This document shows positions 1-13,184 of a stretch of DNA of 64,000 nt, in pieces. Every line of letters begins with the position of its first letter. Positions within the stretch are counted from its first letter, which is position 1. This DNA is from Epiperipatus broadwayi (Eukaryota; Animalia; Onychophora), in contig JAQFVV010000007.1 in the NCBI GenBank assembly GCA_028023455.1, forward strand, positions 14,012,001 through 14,076,000, in the 5' to 3' direction. The notes under the pieces are model-generated. The model searched no databases. It was given only the letters and a program-made list of their open reading frames with translations, and had not been told where the DNA came from. Position numbers and translations under genes: made by a program.

Positions 1-1485
1 TCATACTCAAATTCTATTGGTTGAGAAGTTTTAAAAAATATTTTATCCTCCAATAACTTTTTCCAAATTTTTTTTTAATTCAAACTTCTCATTTATGCTC
101 GTGGACCTTTTAAAAATCTCTATAGATTTCTTTAGCAATCTTTTGTCATATTGTTCAATTTTTGTTAGAATGTGTGTATGTGTGAATAAATAGCTGATGA
201 ATTAAATTTTTTCTAACTGCCAAAATGTGTTCTTCCTTTCATATATTTATTTTACAATTAGTCTGTTCATTGTATGAATTCACACAAATCCCACATGGAA
301 TTCCATGTACACCATAACACTCCAAAGGAATGTTATCTTTAAACCATGAAAATACTTTATTATTATTTTTAAATGTAATGTAAACTGTGTGGATATTATT
401 CTTTAAAACATTACCAATTTTATCAGTTGCACCCTTTATATATGACAGAACTTTCTTAATTTCTAAAATATCACAAAAAAATTTTTTATTATAAGGGGAA
501 GCCACATTAATAATCCTACTATTAAAACCTTTATGAAGAAGCATTTTTTAGTAGCAGAATTATCTTGGTGAAAATGACTGTCATCAGATAATCTCTTGGT
601 TTTATTCTAACAATGTCTTTGCCACTGAAAAATATTGTGATGGATAGTGATGACAAGAAAAATGTAAGTATTGATTGGTGGGTATTTGTTCTTTATATAT
701 ACCATTGGGTAAAAAACTGTAATTTTTTCTTTTAATCAAAACATCTACCAGTGGGAGTTAATTGGTATTTTTTTCTTCCATAGTAAATTTGATGTTGTTG
801 TGAAAAGAATTTGAGAAAATTAAAAATTCATCAAAAGGCCAAATAACAAAGGTATCACCAACATACCCCAGCCATAGTGATGTTTTTTAACTGTTAATAT
901 CAACATATTATTTTTGAAGATTTTCATAAAAATAGAAGCCAATACTGAAGAAATTGGTGAACCCATAGCTAAACCTAATGTGTGTTTACACATCTAACCA
1001 TCAAAAATAATGTATTCAATAAGCAGTGTTCAATTAAACCATTAACAAAATCAAGCAATTGAATATTTTTCAAAATTTCAATATCTTCCTGTACAAATAT
1101 ACTAGTACAAAGAGAAAAAATATCAAAACTTAACCAAAATATCATTTGCAATTGTAATTTAGTGATCAGGATAATGCACATGCGCTTTACAGATTTTAAA
1201 CTATACGTAAATGAATACTCTCATTCTCAAACTTCTGTCTTTTCATAAAAACTTTATCTTATGTTTGAAAATGAAAGTATTCATTTACATATAGTTTAAA
1301 ATCTGTAAAGCACATGTGCATTAGCCTGATCGCTAATTTACAATTACAATTTATTAACTTAGTGCTATATAAATAAATACCTTATTATACAAAATATCAT
1401 TTATAGTTAATTTAATATCTAGGCTCAAGAAAATGATTTGAATATTTAACATAAGATGACATTTTTATTAAATGTGGCTGTAAAA
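1..1485 (-). mobile_element. Penelope-like retroelement PLE1, decayed left (minus) arm of a head-to-head pair; runs off the window start
   Basis: Minus-strand translation gives LQPHLIKMSSYVK, NDILV-SFDIFSLCT (RT motif), GLAMG, GYVGDT (YVDD-like) and GIY-YIG-like GVHGIPCGICVNSYNEQT. Bases 1-70 are the reverse complement of about 2760-2825. Many stops and frameshifts. Confidence 0.85.
1148..1389. mobile_element. Fold-back hairpin insertion (family G) inside the PLE1 RT
   Basis: About 85-bp inverted arms (1148-1232 / 1263-1347). 13-bp direct repeat CAAAATATCATTT at 1135-1147 and 1390-1402; removing the insert restores PLE coding sequence. Confidence 0.75.
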
Positions 1486-1499
1486 AAAAGAAGATAGAA

Positions 1500-2990
1500 A
1501 ACAAACAAGTGTCAACATTAGTGTATCAACTGCACTTACAATTCGACTCAATGGAATATCTAGTTTGTAGATTTTTTACAGCCACATTTAACAGAAATGT
1601 CATTTGTTTGAGTTTTATTTATGATATTAAAATTAACTAAGAATGATATTTTAATAAGTTTTGTCATTGTTTCACTTTTTATTAGTGTATCTGAATAGGA
1701 AGCTATTGCAGCTTTGAAAAATATTCAATTGCCTGATTTTGTTATTGGTCTGATTGAACTCTGCTTATTGAATACATGTTTTGTTTTTGATGATCAGATA
1801 TATAAATAGACAACAGGTTTATCTATGGTTTCACGAATTTCTCTAACATTAATTTCTACTTTTATCGAAAATTTGAAAAAAAAATGTTGATATCAGCAGT
1901 TAAAAAATCTTCTGTATGATTGAGGTATGTTGATGATAACTTTGTTATTTGGCCTCATGGTGAGGATGTTTTTGATATTTTTGTTTTGATTTCTTAAACT
2001 CTTTTCACAACAACATCAAATTTATTATGGAAATAAAAAATACTAACCAACTTTTTTTGTTCTTGGATGTTTTAATTAAAAGCAAGAAGAATGGGTCTTT
2101 ATACCATGGTATATGTAGAAATCAAACACACACAAGATGATATCTTTTTAACAACAGGACAATTATTTTCAATGACTAAGACATTGTTAGATAGTTCTAA
2201 CAGACATTCTGATGCCAGTCATTTTCACCAAGATATCTCTGCTACTAAAAAAATGCTTCTTCATATTGGTTTTAATCACAGGATTATTAGCAGGGCTTTC
2301 TCAAGTAATAAGAAAAAAGATTTTGATACTCCAAGAAATTAAAACAATTCTGCTTTATATAAAGAGAGTAACTGATAAAATTGCTATTTTTTTTAAAAAA
2401 AATATTCACACAATTTACACTACATTTAAAAAAATTAAAGAAGTATTTCAATGCTCTAAAATAAAATTCCTTTTGAGTGTCGTGGTGTATATAAAATTCC
2501 ACATGGAGTTTGTGTACATTGGACAGATCAATCACAGAATAAATATAAAAAAGAAAAAACACATTTTGGCAGTTAGAAAAAAATATAATCCTTCATCCAT
2601 TGATTCACACATTAAATTAACAAACCATGACATCAATTTTAATAAAACACATGTTCTAACAAAAATTGAACAATATGTCCAGAGACTGCTAAAGGAAAAT
2701 ATAGAGATTTTTAAAAGGCCTAAGAGTATAAATGAAAAATGTGAATTAAAAAATAATAATATTTGAAAAAAGCTATTGGAGAATAAAATATTTTTTAAAA
2801 CTTCTCTACCAATAGAATTTGATTAAGAGAAAGAAATTAAAGAGAAAAAAATAATTTTAAATCTCACAACATACATTCTTATAATCTGAGAAAGAAGAAG
2901 GTCTGAAGAAAGTACTTCTCATTGAACTGAAACATCAGCTCTTATATATTCACTATATGGCAACTTCAAAAATAATACTATGAATTCATC
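1500..2990 (+). mobile_element. Penelope-like retroelement PLE1, right (plus) arm: 5'-truncated RT, thumb, GIY-YIG, 3' pLTR
   Basis: LQPHL..NDILISF, GLSMVSRIS, LRYVDDNFVIW, FLDVLI, GVVYKIPHGVC motifs; ORFs 2091-2342 and 2212-2766 are fragments of this; HHR-like motif in the 3' end. Confidence 0.88.
2895..2943 (+). ncRNA. Decayed minimal type-I hammerhead ribozyme in the PLE1 pLTR
   Basis: aagaaggt CTGAAGA A AGTAC ttctcatt GAACT GAAA CA TC agctctt; CATC is read as CpG-decayed CGTC. Confidence 0.6.
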
Positions 2991-3327
2991 ATTTATCCAT
3001 GAAAGTATTAGAACAATATATATAATTAACAAACCAATTTTATATTTTAAATATATACCTGCAGACATGAGAAAAAATATATATACTCATGACTTGTAAG
3101 TTGCATTTATTCAATCAGTTATTTTCAATTAAATTACCCATATGCACTCTTTAAATACAGCATGTGATTGGTTTAAATTTATTGATATACATTATGCAAA
3201 TTTACATTATAAGGTCATATATTTAATAATTACAATATTGATCACAATCATTTTTCAATAAATACATAAAAGGCCACTTAGCATTCTTTACTGTGTTACA
3301 AATTATTATATTTTGTTTAGCTTTAGA

Positions 3328-3740
3328 CCAATGGTTCCCAATATTTTTGGTCATGCCTCACCTATGCATCTTTAAATCCTGATCCCTCTCTTCTTTGTTG
3401 TAACATATAACTCTTATTATTTAAAAAATTAACATCTATTCACATTGAAAAAACCTAAAAAAACATTAATGAAAGGACAGCTGAAATACTTACTCCAACT
3501 AACAATGTAGAGATAGAAATAAAATTTATTTAAAAAGAAAAGCTGCTGAGATGGCCTAGAAGAAGGAAATTTAAAAAGCATTCTTATTTATGAGTATAAT
3601 GTATAAAAAATTAGTGGGCTTTCAAATTCACTATTAGTAACTAAAAAAAAAAAATCAAAATAATTTACTGTTACTAATTCATTCTCAAATTGCCCTCTTA
3701 AAAAATCAAATTCCTCCTTTGTGAGGAATGTGTCCATGTT
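3328..3740. mobile_element. Possible hAT (Charlie-like) terminal remnant
   Basis: Starts CAATGGTTCCCAA, resembling the hAT TIR CAGTGGTTCCCAA; no matching second TIR found. Confidence 0.25.
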
Positions 3741-5569
3741 TATATTTAATATAGTTCAGATGAATTTATAATATTTTTTAGCAAAGTTAGTGATGAAAAT
3801 TCCATCCTTCAAATTTTCATTTATTTCTATATATTTCAATTTTAACTTATCAAACAAATGCTAGTTGTTAATTACTCAATAATGTGATTCAGTTAGCACT
3901 AATCATATTTACTCTGTGATAGTCACCATCCTATTTATATCTCTACTAAAGATTTTATCTGGTTTAATATATAAAAAATTTTCTATTATAATTTCAATAT
4001 TTACATATATATTAAATTGTAACTTGCTAATAGTTAATTGAATTCCAAATGTAATTCATAGCACAAAAGCAAAATTTAATAAACCTATGGAACATCCTTC
4101 ATCTCTTCTCAAGACAACTTCTATAGGATTTCAGCTTTTATCTGTACAAGTTGACTTTACAAACCTAAAGAAATAATTGCTCTTATATTATACAAGTAAA
4201 ATAATTATTAAACAGGAAGTGATTTTTATAATCTATTAATAACTAGGTGTGAAAACGTTCTTGTGTCATAGTGCATCTGTCTTGCTGTGCTCAAAACTTA
4301 GGATTGAAGTCTGACAAATCTTCAAATATTTTTAAATTACAAACAGGCAAAAGTTTTTCAAGCTAAAATGCTGATATTGAATGTAATATAATTGTAAACA
4401 CGGCACTAGATCAAATAATTGCTGATTTAAACAGGCAAAAGGTTTTTTTTTTTCAAGGTGCCAAACCAAAAGCATTCTACATTGTCATTCAGTGACAATT
4501 AGTACATGTGTTTTATTTATTTTCATAATACCAATCTAAAGTTCTTTAATTAATTCATGTGGGTTAGATGAGTGATTGTGACCCTGATTGCAATAATAAA
4601 CAGATGTGAATATAATCACAAATAGCCTTCATTGTGGATAAAGGTATTTTATTCCTATAAAATCTAAGCACATGGCAAATTTGTGCCTTCTGATTTACAT
4701 TAAGTATATAAACAAATAAACTCTGATAAAGATCAACCATTAGAGAGAAATACTTGTGACTGGAATGTTAGCTTTTACTTTAATCTAAAATTATCATATA
4801 TAGTTTTCCTGACTAATAATTAATTATTATAAATAATCAAGTAATTTATTGTTTGGGGGAGCATAAGATGTTCAAACGTTAGAAGTCACAGTGGGGAACC
4901 ACAATCCATGGATCTTCATTTTTTTAAGAATCCAACATTTTCTCTATATTAATCCATGAAGAACAATTGCTAAACTATATTCATTAACAAGAGTAATAAT
5001 ATAGCAAATTAGAACATCAATTAAGTAATCATCATTAAGTATGCATTATGTAAGAATATGAATAATTCATCTTTAAACACCAATCATGAGATAAATATAT
5101 CCTTAGAATCCCCTTATAAAATAATAGAGAAAATATGTCCATATCATTATATTCAACTGTGTTTTCCTGAAGATTTGCGATGATGGTGTTCTAGTTGTAT
5201 TTTTATATTGGACTATTTCCATCATCTAATATGAGTATTGAATATCTTTAGAAAGAATCAACTTTATTTAAATATTCCAAATACATTCAACTGTTAGTAA
5301 TAGCATATCAAACGGGTTAGTATATGCACTTTAAAAAAAAAAAAAAAATTAAATATCCAAATGCAACATTTAAATAAAGTTTGATTTTTCTAAAGACGTT
5401 TAATACTCATATTAGATGGTGGAAATAGTTCAACACCTAAGTACAATTATATTTAACTATTAGTTTATGAAGAATTTTACAAGTTCTTTTAAAGCTAAAA
5501 AATGTCATGTTACCATTTACTAACTATTCTATGAGTGGCCAACTCAAAAAAATAAATTTTGCTTTGGGA

Positions 5570-6800
5570 AAAAATAATCGGTCTTCATGCAGACTTTTAA
5601 AAAATTCATGGGCGTGGAAAGTAGATGTCGTAAACAAACCTTATGCAAAGTTAAATATCTAAATATATACTTAGGTATAAATGTAAAAAGATTCTTATGT
5701 AAATTAGCAAGATGTTAAGTATAAAACTCAGGGGGAAAGTTTTCTGGATCAAAGCTGAATCTGTCACATTCGGGAATCGAATATCACATGATCTCCTGAG
5801 TAATTAATTATTTGTGGTATACTTAAAATTCATTGTAAAGCTCTCCCATATATAAATATATGTTCGCAAATGTGCGAGTGTAAAAATGGTCTTGTAGATT
5901 ATTTGCATAGTGATAGACTGATATCCCGGACTGAAAATTTTAGACCGAAGTACAACCTGTTATTTCCAATGGACGATAGTAAAAGCTGTCTAAGCGATTG
6001 TTTATTTTTGTTTTAGTGTGAATATTAGAAATTTTATTAAAACTATTGATTTAAGTCAACGAACTTTCCTAGTGTTTTGTCAGACTTGGAGTAATAGTAA
6101 TTTAAATATTTATATATATTAAAAAATAATTCCAAAATGATTTCCTACTGTGGGAAAATATTGTTTTATCTTCCTAATCACATATTGCCTTTTTTTAAAG
6201 GATGCGTAAAACGATGGTTCGTAACTACACTAAAAATATATATTTTTGTTGCTTTATCTGTACATATATATATATTTTTTTCTCATGATTGTTTGGATGA
6301 TTCTAATTTTATGGTTCTACTGCAGAGCAGTGCTGAAACAAATTGACATAAAAGTAAAACATATGTGATCTCTTTGAGATTTTGTTTCATTCTTTTAATT
6401 TAAAATTAATCAATCAGCAAACAGGGAGGAGAATAATTAAATTTTCCTGCTCGAGTCCTTCAGCTTTTCTTAAGTAACGAACTAACCAAATTACTATCAT
6501 ATCACTCAGTATTCGTTTTGGCAGAATCTGAAAAGAGAGAAAGAAAGAAAGAAGAAAAAAACTATCTTGTAATGAATCCTGTAATAACATGTGTATTGGG
6601 TTCTGCTTGACAGAATTGAGTGTTGAAAAGCGAAACATTTGATTCAATCTGGTTACAAGAACTTTACCAAGTATAATTTCTCAAAACATTTGTTTAATTA
6701 GGAACTTCTGTAATAACTTTTGATTAGTTTTTTCAACTTCAATTATTTTTGGTAATTTAAGAAAATTAACTTTTAGTGCGTGGGGAGGAAGAATCTTGCC
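5570..6800. promoter_or_regulatory. CpG-retaining patch, candidate unmethylated regulatory region
   Basis: Many CG dinucleotides compared with the CG-poor kilobases on either side. Confidence 0.25.
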
Positions 6801-7067
6801 CCGTGATAACTCTTATCTGCTTTATGACTTTAAAAAAAAAAAAAAATATGTTTTTTTTTTTAATTTTTATTAATATCTGTAATACTTATTGTATAAATGT
6901 GTATATGTTTAATATATATTATTTGTTTTTATTATGATGCTAAATTATATATATCTTTCAAAATATATGTTTAACATTAAGTAGAATTAAGCTGAAGACT
7001 GAAAAATTCATTAATAATCAAATGATTTATTGTTTGGGAATCGATAAAATATCCAGAAATTCAAAGT

Positions 7068-7133
7068 GATATGGCTGACGCCATATGTTGCTTTTCATTT
7101 CTAGAATCTGCCCCTCTACCGTTGCTCTAAAAC
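7068..7133 (-). mobile_element. tRNA-like SINE head remnant
   Basis: TTTTAGAGCAACGGTAGAGGGGCAGATT A-box-like head; similar heads at 21417-21474(-), 27238-27300(+), 27985-28035(-), 54030-54080(-). Confidence 0.4.
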
Positions 7134-7483
7134 TTATAAAGCAATGTTCATCTGATAATAATCAATGCAATGATATATAAAAGTGAGACCACTTCTTTAA
7201 TCATGGCTATGCCATGAAATGTACATTTTAGAAAATAGATGCCAGATAACAGTGTTTAAAAAATTCCTATCCAATGCTATACTATCCATTATATTCAGAC
7301 TAGTTCTAGCTTATGGCTTTCATCAGTGAAGATCATTCAGTTGGTATAGTACATCTGGACACTCTTTCCAACATGCATCATTTGCTACTCAGTATCAGTT
7401 TTTTCAATTCAAGCCAACTTCTTTGCATAATCACGTAAATTTAAAACTAGTCAGTATCTAGCTATCTAACTATATATATATAA

Positions 7484-7665
7484 AACCAATAAAAACCAGT
7501 CAACACTTAGACAATCCCAATATAGATAACAATCTCAAACTGTTGTCAAGGCAACCTTTTAACAACAGTGATTGCCTTGACAGCAGTTGAAATTCTTATC
7601 AATATTAGGATTGTCTAAGTGTTGACTAGTTTCTAATAGTTACTTATTATTTTGAGCATTATTGC
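7484..7665. mobile_element. Fold-back hairpin insertion (family C)
   Basis: Inverted arms about 7486-7554 / 7572-7645; flanks ACTATATATATA(TA)A at 7469-7483 and 7666-7678; solo copy at 44600-44687. Confidence 0.7.
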
Positions 7666-9769
7666 ACTATATATATAATAAAGTCCTTAGTTTTTAAACA
7701 ACTGTAGGAGTCGTGATAAAGTCATGTAATATTATATTGTTTTTAAACCTTTTGCTTTCTACTGTAACGAAGAAGGGATGGATAAAGGTATACACCTAGG
7801 CTCTCTTGTCATAGAAGGTTTAATGTTTTGCATACTAATTAGTTATTCTCTAATTGAGAAGAGCCAAACACTCACTTAAAAATAATATTAATGGATATCC
7901 AAAACAAAAATAGCTTTGAAGAGGACAAAAAAGATTTCTAAGAGAATGTCACATGATTAATTCACTTTCTGACTTTAAAAACATTAATGAATTTATAAAA
8001 GTAAATTCATTGCTATCATTTTCATTCTTGTTTATAATAAATTGGCTGAAACATTTCAAATAATGGAAGTGGAATATCTAAGTAGCTAATTTGCATAATT
8101 GATACTTCATCAATAAATACTGCAACATAGCTATACAACCCATTAGTGATTTGAACCTAGTTTTACAAGCCAAAAGCATGCTTTGCTAGATTTAATAAAA
8201 ATTAAAGACATCAAGTAAACCTTTTCTTTAGCCAACATTCGAAATGTTTTGACCATATTTATTATAAAAGTGAATATTGACTTTATATTTTCATAAAAAT
8301 AGCAATCTAAAAACTTTTAATAGTTTTTAAATGTAAAGAATAGAATATAACTCCACTGTTGAAATGTAATAATTTCAATATAATAATGGTACTGCTTTTT
8401 ATAGAAGAAAATAAAGCAATAATAGTATATCAAATCCTGGAGTTCAAACTCATGGCTTACGTTTAACCAAGCCTGTTACTATCCAATGTGCAAATTTTAA
8501 AACTCTTGAGCAATAAATTATTCATTTGTTTATCTATATGTAAACTAATATGTATCACAGCACATATTACTTATTTTGGGAGTAAAGCCTTGCAATAAAT
8601 AAGATGATTTTAATCCCTTTGTGTTTGAATGTTTTAATCCTTTACTTAGTGGTAACATGAATTAATATGTCAAATTTTATTTTAGTATTAAATCTTTTTC
8701 TGTATCAAAATTTAATAAATTAGACTTGATTTGTTAAAATTATAAAGTTATAAATGAAAAACATACTAAAAAATTGTATTTAAATTTTTAAATATAGAAA
8801 AAAAATAACTCTCTATATATTTCATTTTATTACTATTACTACTTTAATTTGGAAAGTTCAAATTGTGTATCATACTTCATTTGATTTTCTTACTTCTTAA
8901 GTTTTTTTATTGGTCAATTATACCAGAATGGATAAAAAATATAAATTAACAAATATGTTATTGATTGAATTTCATTCAGTAACCAAAAACAAATGTCATT
9001 AACTCATCATAAAGCTATGAAATTCTATTCTAAAATTTAAAATTTCATTTATAATTATTGTAAAATCACAAAATTTCTATAGTACAATGTTTGTGTCAGA
9101 ATGTAATGATCTCAATTTTATTTTTGGCTTTACTTCAAATTTTTTAACTTGTATTTTTAAAAATGGAATATACTTTTTAAAAAAATCTAATTGTAAACAT
9201 GAGTATATTTCTGTTTTAAAAACTGCTATATAAATATTTTTTAAAAAATAATTATAAATATTTAAATAAAGAAAGAAAAAAACTATAATTTTTTATTATT
9301 CACTAATAACAAATCAAGGAAAAATTTGAAATTTTGTTAATATGTCTAAGATCAAAAAATCTATCAACCAATGACCTTCTAGACTTTTATCACCATGTTT
9401 GTAGTTTTTGTCTGCAAACTACTGATGTTTTTATATTTTTTAAAAACTAATAAATCAATATTTACTTACTTCTAGTTTTTACTTGTAAATAAATGTAAAA
9501 CCAGAAAAAAATTGTGAAAGATAGTGCAAGAGAGTGATTTAAAGCCAAAGCACATAAGTTCTATCACAATATCCTATAATATCACATGACTAAGAATCAT
9601 TTTATTATATTATGGTTTTAAATATGCTGCAAACATGTTATTTATTGTAAATTTTCATTAGATGTTGGGTTTAAGAAAAACAGAAATATTGTTTTTCAAA
9701 TAAATCAATCATTTACTGCAAAGGCTGGTGCAAACAAATGACTACATATGTTAAACTACTAAGCATTAT

Positions 9770-9850
9770 ATAATCACCATTTTTTATGATTACACAAGCT
9801 GTCTAGTCTGACTTGTACTGATTTCCACTACTGTATGGAGAGTTTTGCCT
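9770..9850. repeat. Decayed family B fold-back remnant
   Basis: atcaccatttt.. followed by cactactgtatggagagttttgcct, both parts of family B. Confidence 0.45.
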
Positions 9851-11194
9851 CACTTTACAAGTTAATTTGATGTAATTTGATTATATTTAATGTTCTTGTC
9901 TTCTCCATGTAAGATGAATACTATTATTGTGGCTAGATTAATGTAAAGAATAGTGCTTTACCTATTTTGATACATTTTTAGAAGTTGTCTAAGTATGAAA
10001 ATTATGTCTATGATTGAACATTCATGAAATCAAAATTATCAATGACATTTGAGGAATTATTACCTATATAGTTATATTTTCTGTAGAGAGCCATGATTTT
10101 AATATTTTACATATTGAGAAATGTCTCAACACTCAAGCATTGAGTAAAAACTATAGTGAGTTATAATACTCCCATAATAATGATATCTTTTTATGGTACT
10201 GTTTTCTCCTTATAAGATGATAAATAACCTTAAAAAGTTTATTTTTAGTAGGTTTTATTTTTAAAGAAAATATTACATAGACTGCCTGTATGCCAATTTA
10301 AATCACAGCTGTTTGGTTTTAAGGTTATATCTTGAAGTAATGTCTAATTCATCTTTCAAGAAAATGAAAAGTACAAATATAGAAGAATTTATTAAACATC
10401 TAATAACTCTAATGTCTTATGTAATATATGGTCAAAAAATTTGGGTGATGGAACAGAGTCATGATCCATTGACTGCCACTGCACAATACTGCACAACACA
10501 ATAAACCATGATAACAATAGTGTTAAAATATGACATAAATTTTCAAGGTTCTGAAGAAGAATATATAATCAGTTAAAACATTAAAAAATAAAAAAGGACT
10601 CTATTCATAACCTATATTTGTACATCAGCTATTTTAGTTGGTTATAAATCTAAATAATTTGGCCTATTTTATTTATAACTTTATGTTTTAAATATAAAAA
10701 CATTAATTGTAGTTTCTAAAAATATAAGATCATCCACATGAATTGGAAGGGGAATTGAATGTTCTTATTTCAAATTTCTAATCAGATGTCTTCTACATAC
10801 AACAATTTATTTCCTAACAATTCTCCCCCATACAACACAAACATAACTCCAACTAAAGAAATGACTCTTTCAAATAAAGAAACAATATCTCACAATATAC
10901 AAATGGCAGTATCACACTTCTGACATATTATATTACTAAAAAATGTGCAGCAACAAATAATATTTCCTAACAACATAAATAAAATAAACTTTAAATCAAT
11001 TTGGAATGACAGTTACCTTTTAGAAACAAAAAGTACTAACCCATATCAAGTAGCAAAAACAGTTTCCATTGGTTATACATACTGATGGTCATCTATATAA
11101 AAATGTATAGGAACATTAATACATGTATAAAATACATAATGAAGAATTAACCACAATAATTCTTTGGGATCCCCTAAATGGTAAATAAAAAAAT

Positions 11195-11325
11195 AATAAG
11201 TGCTGGTTTAGCACAAAATACATGTATTGGTGATTATTTATCTTTTCAACATATGTGTGATCAGGTCAGTCAGCAATATGAGATGGCAAGAAAAGTTGAG
11301 GGTCATATGAAAGACTGAGTGTGAA
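11195..11325 (+). mobile_element. Family A (A2 subtype) remnant with decayed HHR
   Basis: gtgctggtttagcacaaaatacatgtattggtgattatttatcttttcaacatatgtgtg matches 51270-51330. Confidence 0.7.
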
Positions 11326-11626
11326 TGCCACATACATTATATATATATATTTGCAAGTTTAAGCCTGTATAGGGCATTAATTTACTCATATTAGAGCAGA
11401 CTCATTCATGATGTTAGTCCCATGTAAAGTAGCACATCAACATTCACTTTAATTTCAGTTTGAATCACAGAGTAGTGAAATTTTTTTCATAAAAACAAAT
11501 TTGTTTTTATACAGTTACAACAGTAGTATTAATACTTCAATATCAACAAATAAAAAATCCTTCTCCTTTTTTCTTTTCAAAAACTTTATTTTTTATCTCA
11601 ATACTGAACATATATATACATTAATA

Positions 11627-11684
11627 TACAAAACTCCAACGTTTCAACTGTTTTATCTCATACAGTCATTTTCAAGGATCTGCA
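11627..11684 (-). ncRNA. Minimal type-I hammerhead, U3-A8 core variant (PLE2 left pLTR)
   Basis: TGCAG A TCC TTGAAAA T GACTGT atgagataaa ACAGTT GAAA CG TT GGA GTT TTGTA; palindromic stem III AACGTT. Confidence 0.7.
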
Positions 11685-12014
11685 ACAATATTAAATACAT
11701 ATCAACAAATAAACTTCAATTACATAAAAACTTTCTCTTACATTAACATAATAACAAACATATTAAACATATAGAAATATATTTTACTTACAGCTTTCTC
11801 CCACTGCTATATTTTATTACTCTTTTTTTTTATTTACATTGTTTAATTACAAATATATCTTAAAATCATCCAAGAAACTTTCTATACAAATTTAAATACC
11901 AACTCTAATTTCCAAAAACCTCCCCCTTTCTTTAAATTTTATCTAAAACCTATCTTAAAACTACATTCCTAAACTATATATTTAAATGAATATAAAACAA
12001 ATTTAAACATTTCC

Positions 12015-12054
<40 letters not shown>

Positions 12055-12130
12055 TACAAAAAAACTTCTAACAATTTACCTAAACCCATTAAGCATTTAT
12101 TTTAATTACACAGTAATTTATATTCTTTAT

Positions 12131-13184
12131 CTACTCCATTAATTCTATTTAGAGTAGGATTATATTTTTTTATATAAAAAAAATTCTTGAACCATCCTTT
12201 CCCTGTAATTTTTAACCCTTTCTAACATTTTAATACTAAATTCTTTATGACCTAAACCTTTACAATGAATGTAAATATTTGAATTTTTGTCATACAAATG
12301 TTGTCTAAGTCTAGTTTTTAATTTATTCTTAGTTGTACCAATATATGAAACCTTACCCCCCTCCCTCTTACAATTTAAACATTCAACTAAATATATTCCA
12401 TTCATTTTGTCAGTTTCTATATTTTTTGTATCATTGATTAAATTTCCTAAATTCAATTTCTTTTTATATACTGGTTTAATAATTAACCTACTTTCCCCTT
12501 TGTATTTATTATTTATACTTTTCATAATCTTTTTAATCTTCATAAAAGTATCTCTAGAAATATTGTAACTATTATATATAAAATTATTTACATCTTTCCC
12601 ATTTTTCTCTTCTTTATTATTTTTTTAATATTTTTTTTATTACATAATTTATCAATAATTTTAACTGGATAATTATTTTTTATACCTTCCTCTTTTATAT
12701 TACTAATTTCTTTTATAAACAATTTTTCTTCAGAACATAAATTAATTGCTCTGTTTATCCTATTATTAATAATATTAATTTTATGTTCATATTCAATATC
12801 TGAATCCCAACTACTTAACAAACCATAAAAAGTTTCTTTTCTGAATACACTAGTTTCAATATCAACCTTACAATTTTTAATAACTTTTTTTATTATAACA
12901 TCCATATAAGTAATTACATAATTTTTTTCTTTTTCCATAGTAAAACTAATGTCATCATCAATTGAATTAATATACCTTATAAAACATTCAGATTTTCTAT
13001 AATTGCCATTGAACACTAAAAAATAATCATCAACATACCTAACCCAAAAAACAGGCTTATATTTTGTAACACAAAAATATTTATCTTCATAATCATCCAT
13101 AAATATAGCATCTAACAATCCACTCATACTATTCCCCATACTCAATCCTTTACATTGTCTATAATATACTTCATCATATTTAAA
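12131..13184 (-). pseudogene. PLE2 RT C-half + thumb + GIY-YIG endonuclease, frameshifted, 5'-truncated (left arm)
   Basis: FKYDEVYYRQCKGLSMGNSMSG, FWVRYVDDYF, YMDVII, GIYLVECLNC..SYIGTT..LKTRLRQH. Confidence 0.9.

Noticed and set aside
1391-1653. Apparent separate MITE or hairpin with a GAAATGTC hammerhead-like word
   Set aside because: Both arms translate as PLE RT (LQPHL..YVK..NDIL); this is just the centre of the PLE1 palindrome.
4855-4890. GAGCAT aag ATGTTC AAACGTT hammerhead 3' half (and GAAAACGTTC at about 4251)
   Set aside because: No CUGANGA-like core or stem I upstream.
6414-6647. Minus ORF with a strong polypyrimidine/CAG acceptor at 6528-6530
   Set aside because: The frame cannot be fixed and the peptide is unrecognisable; not enough to call a gene.
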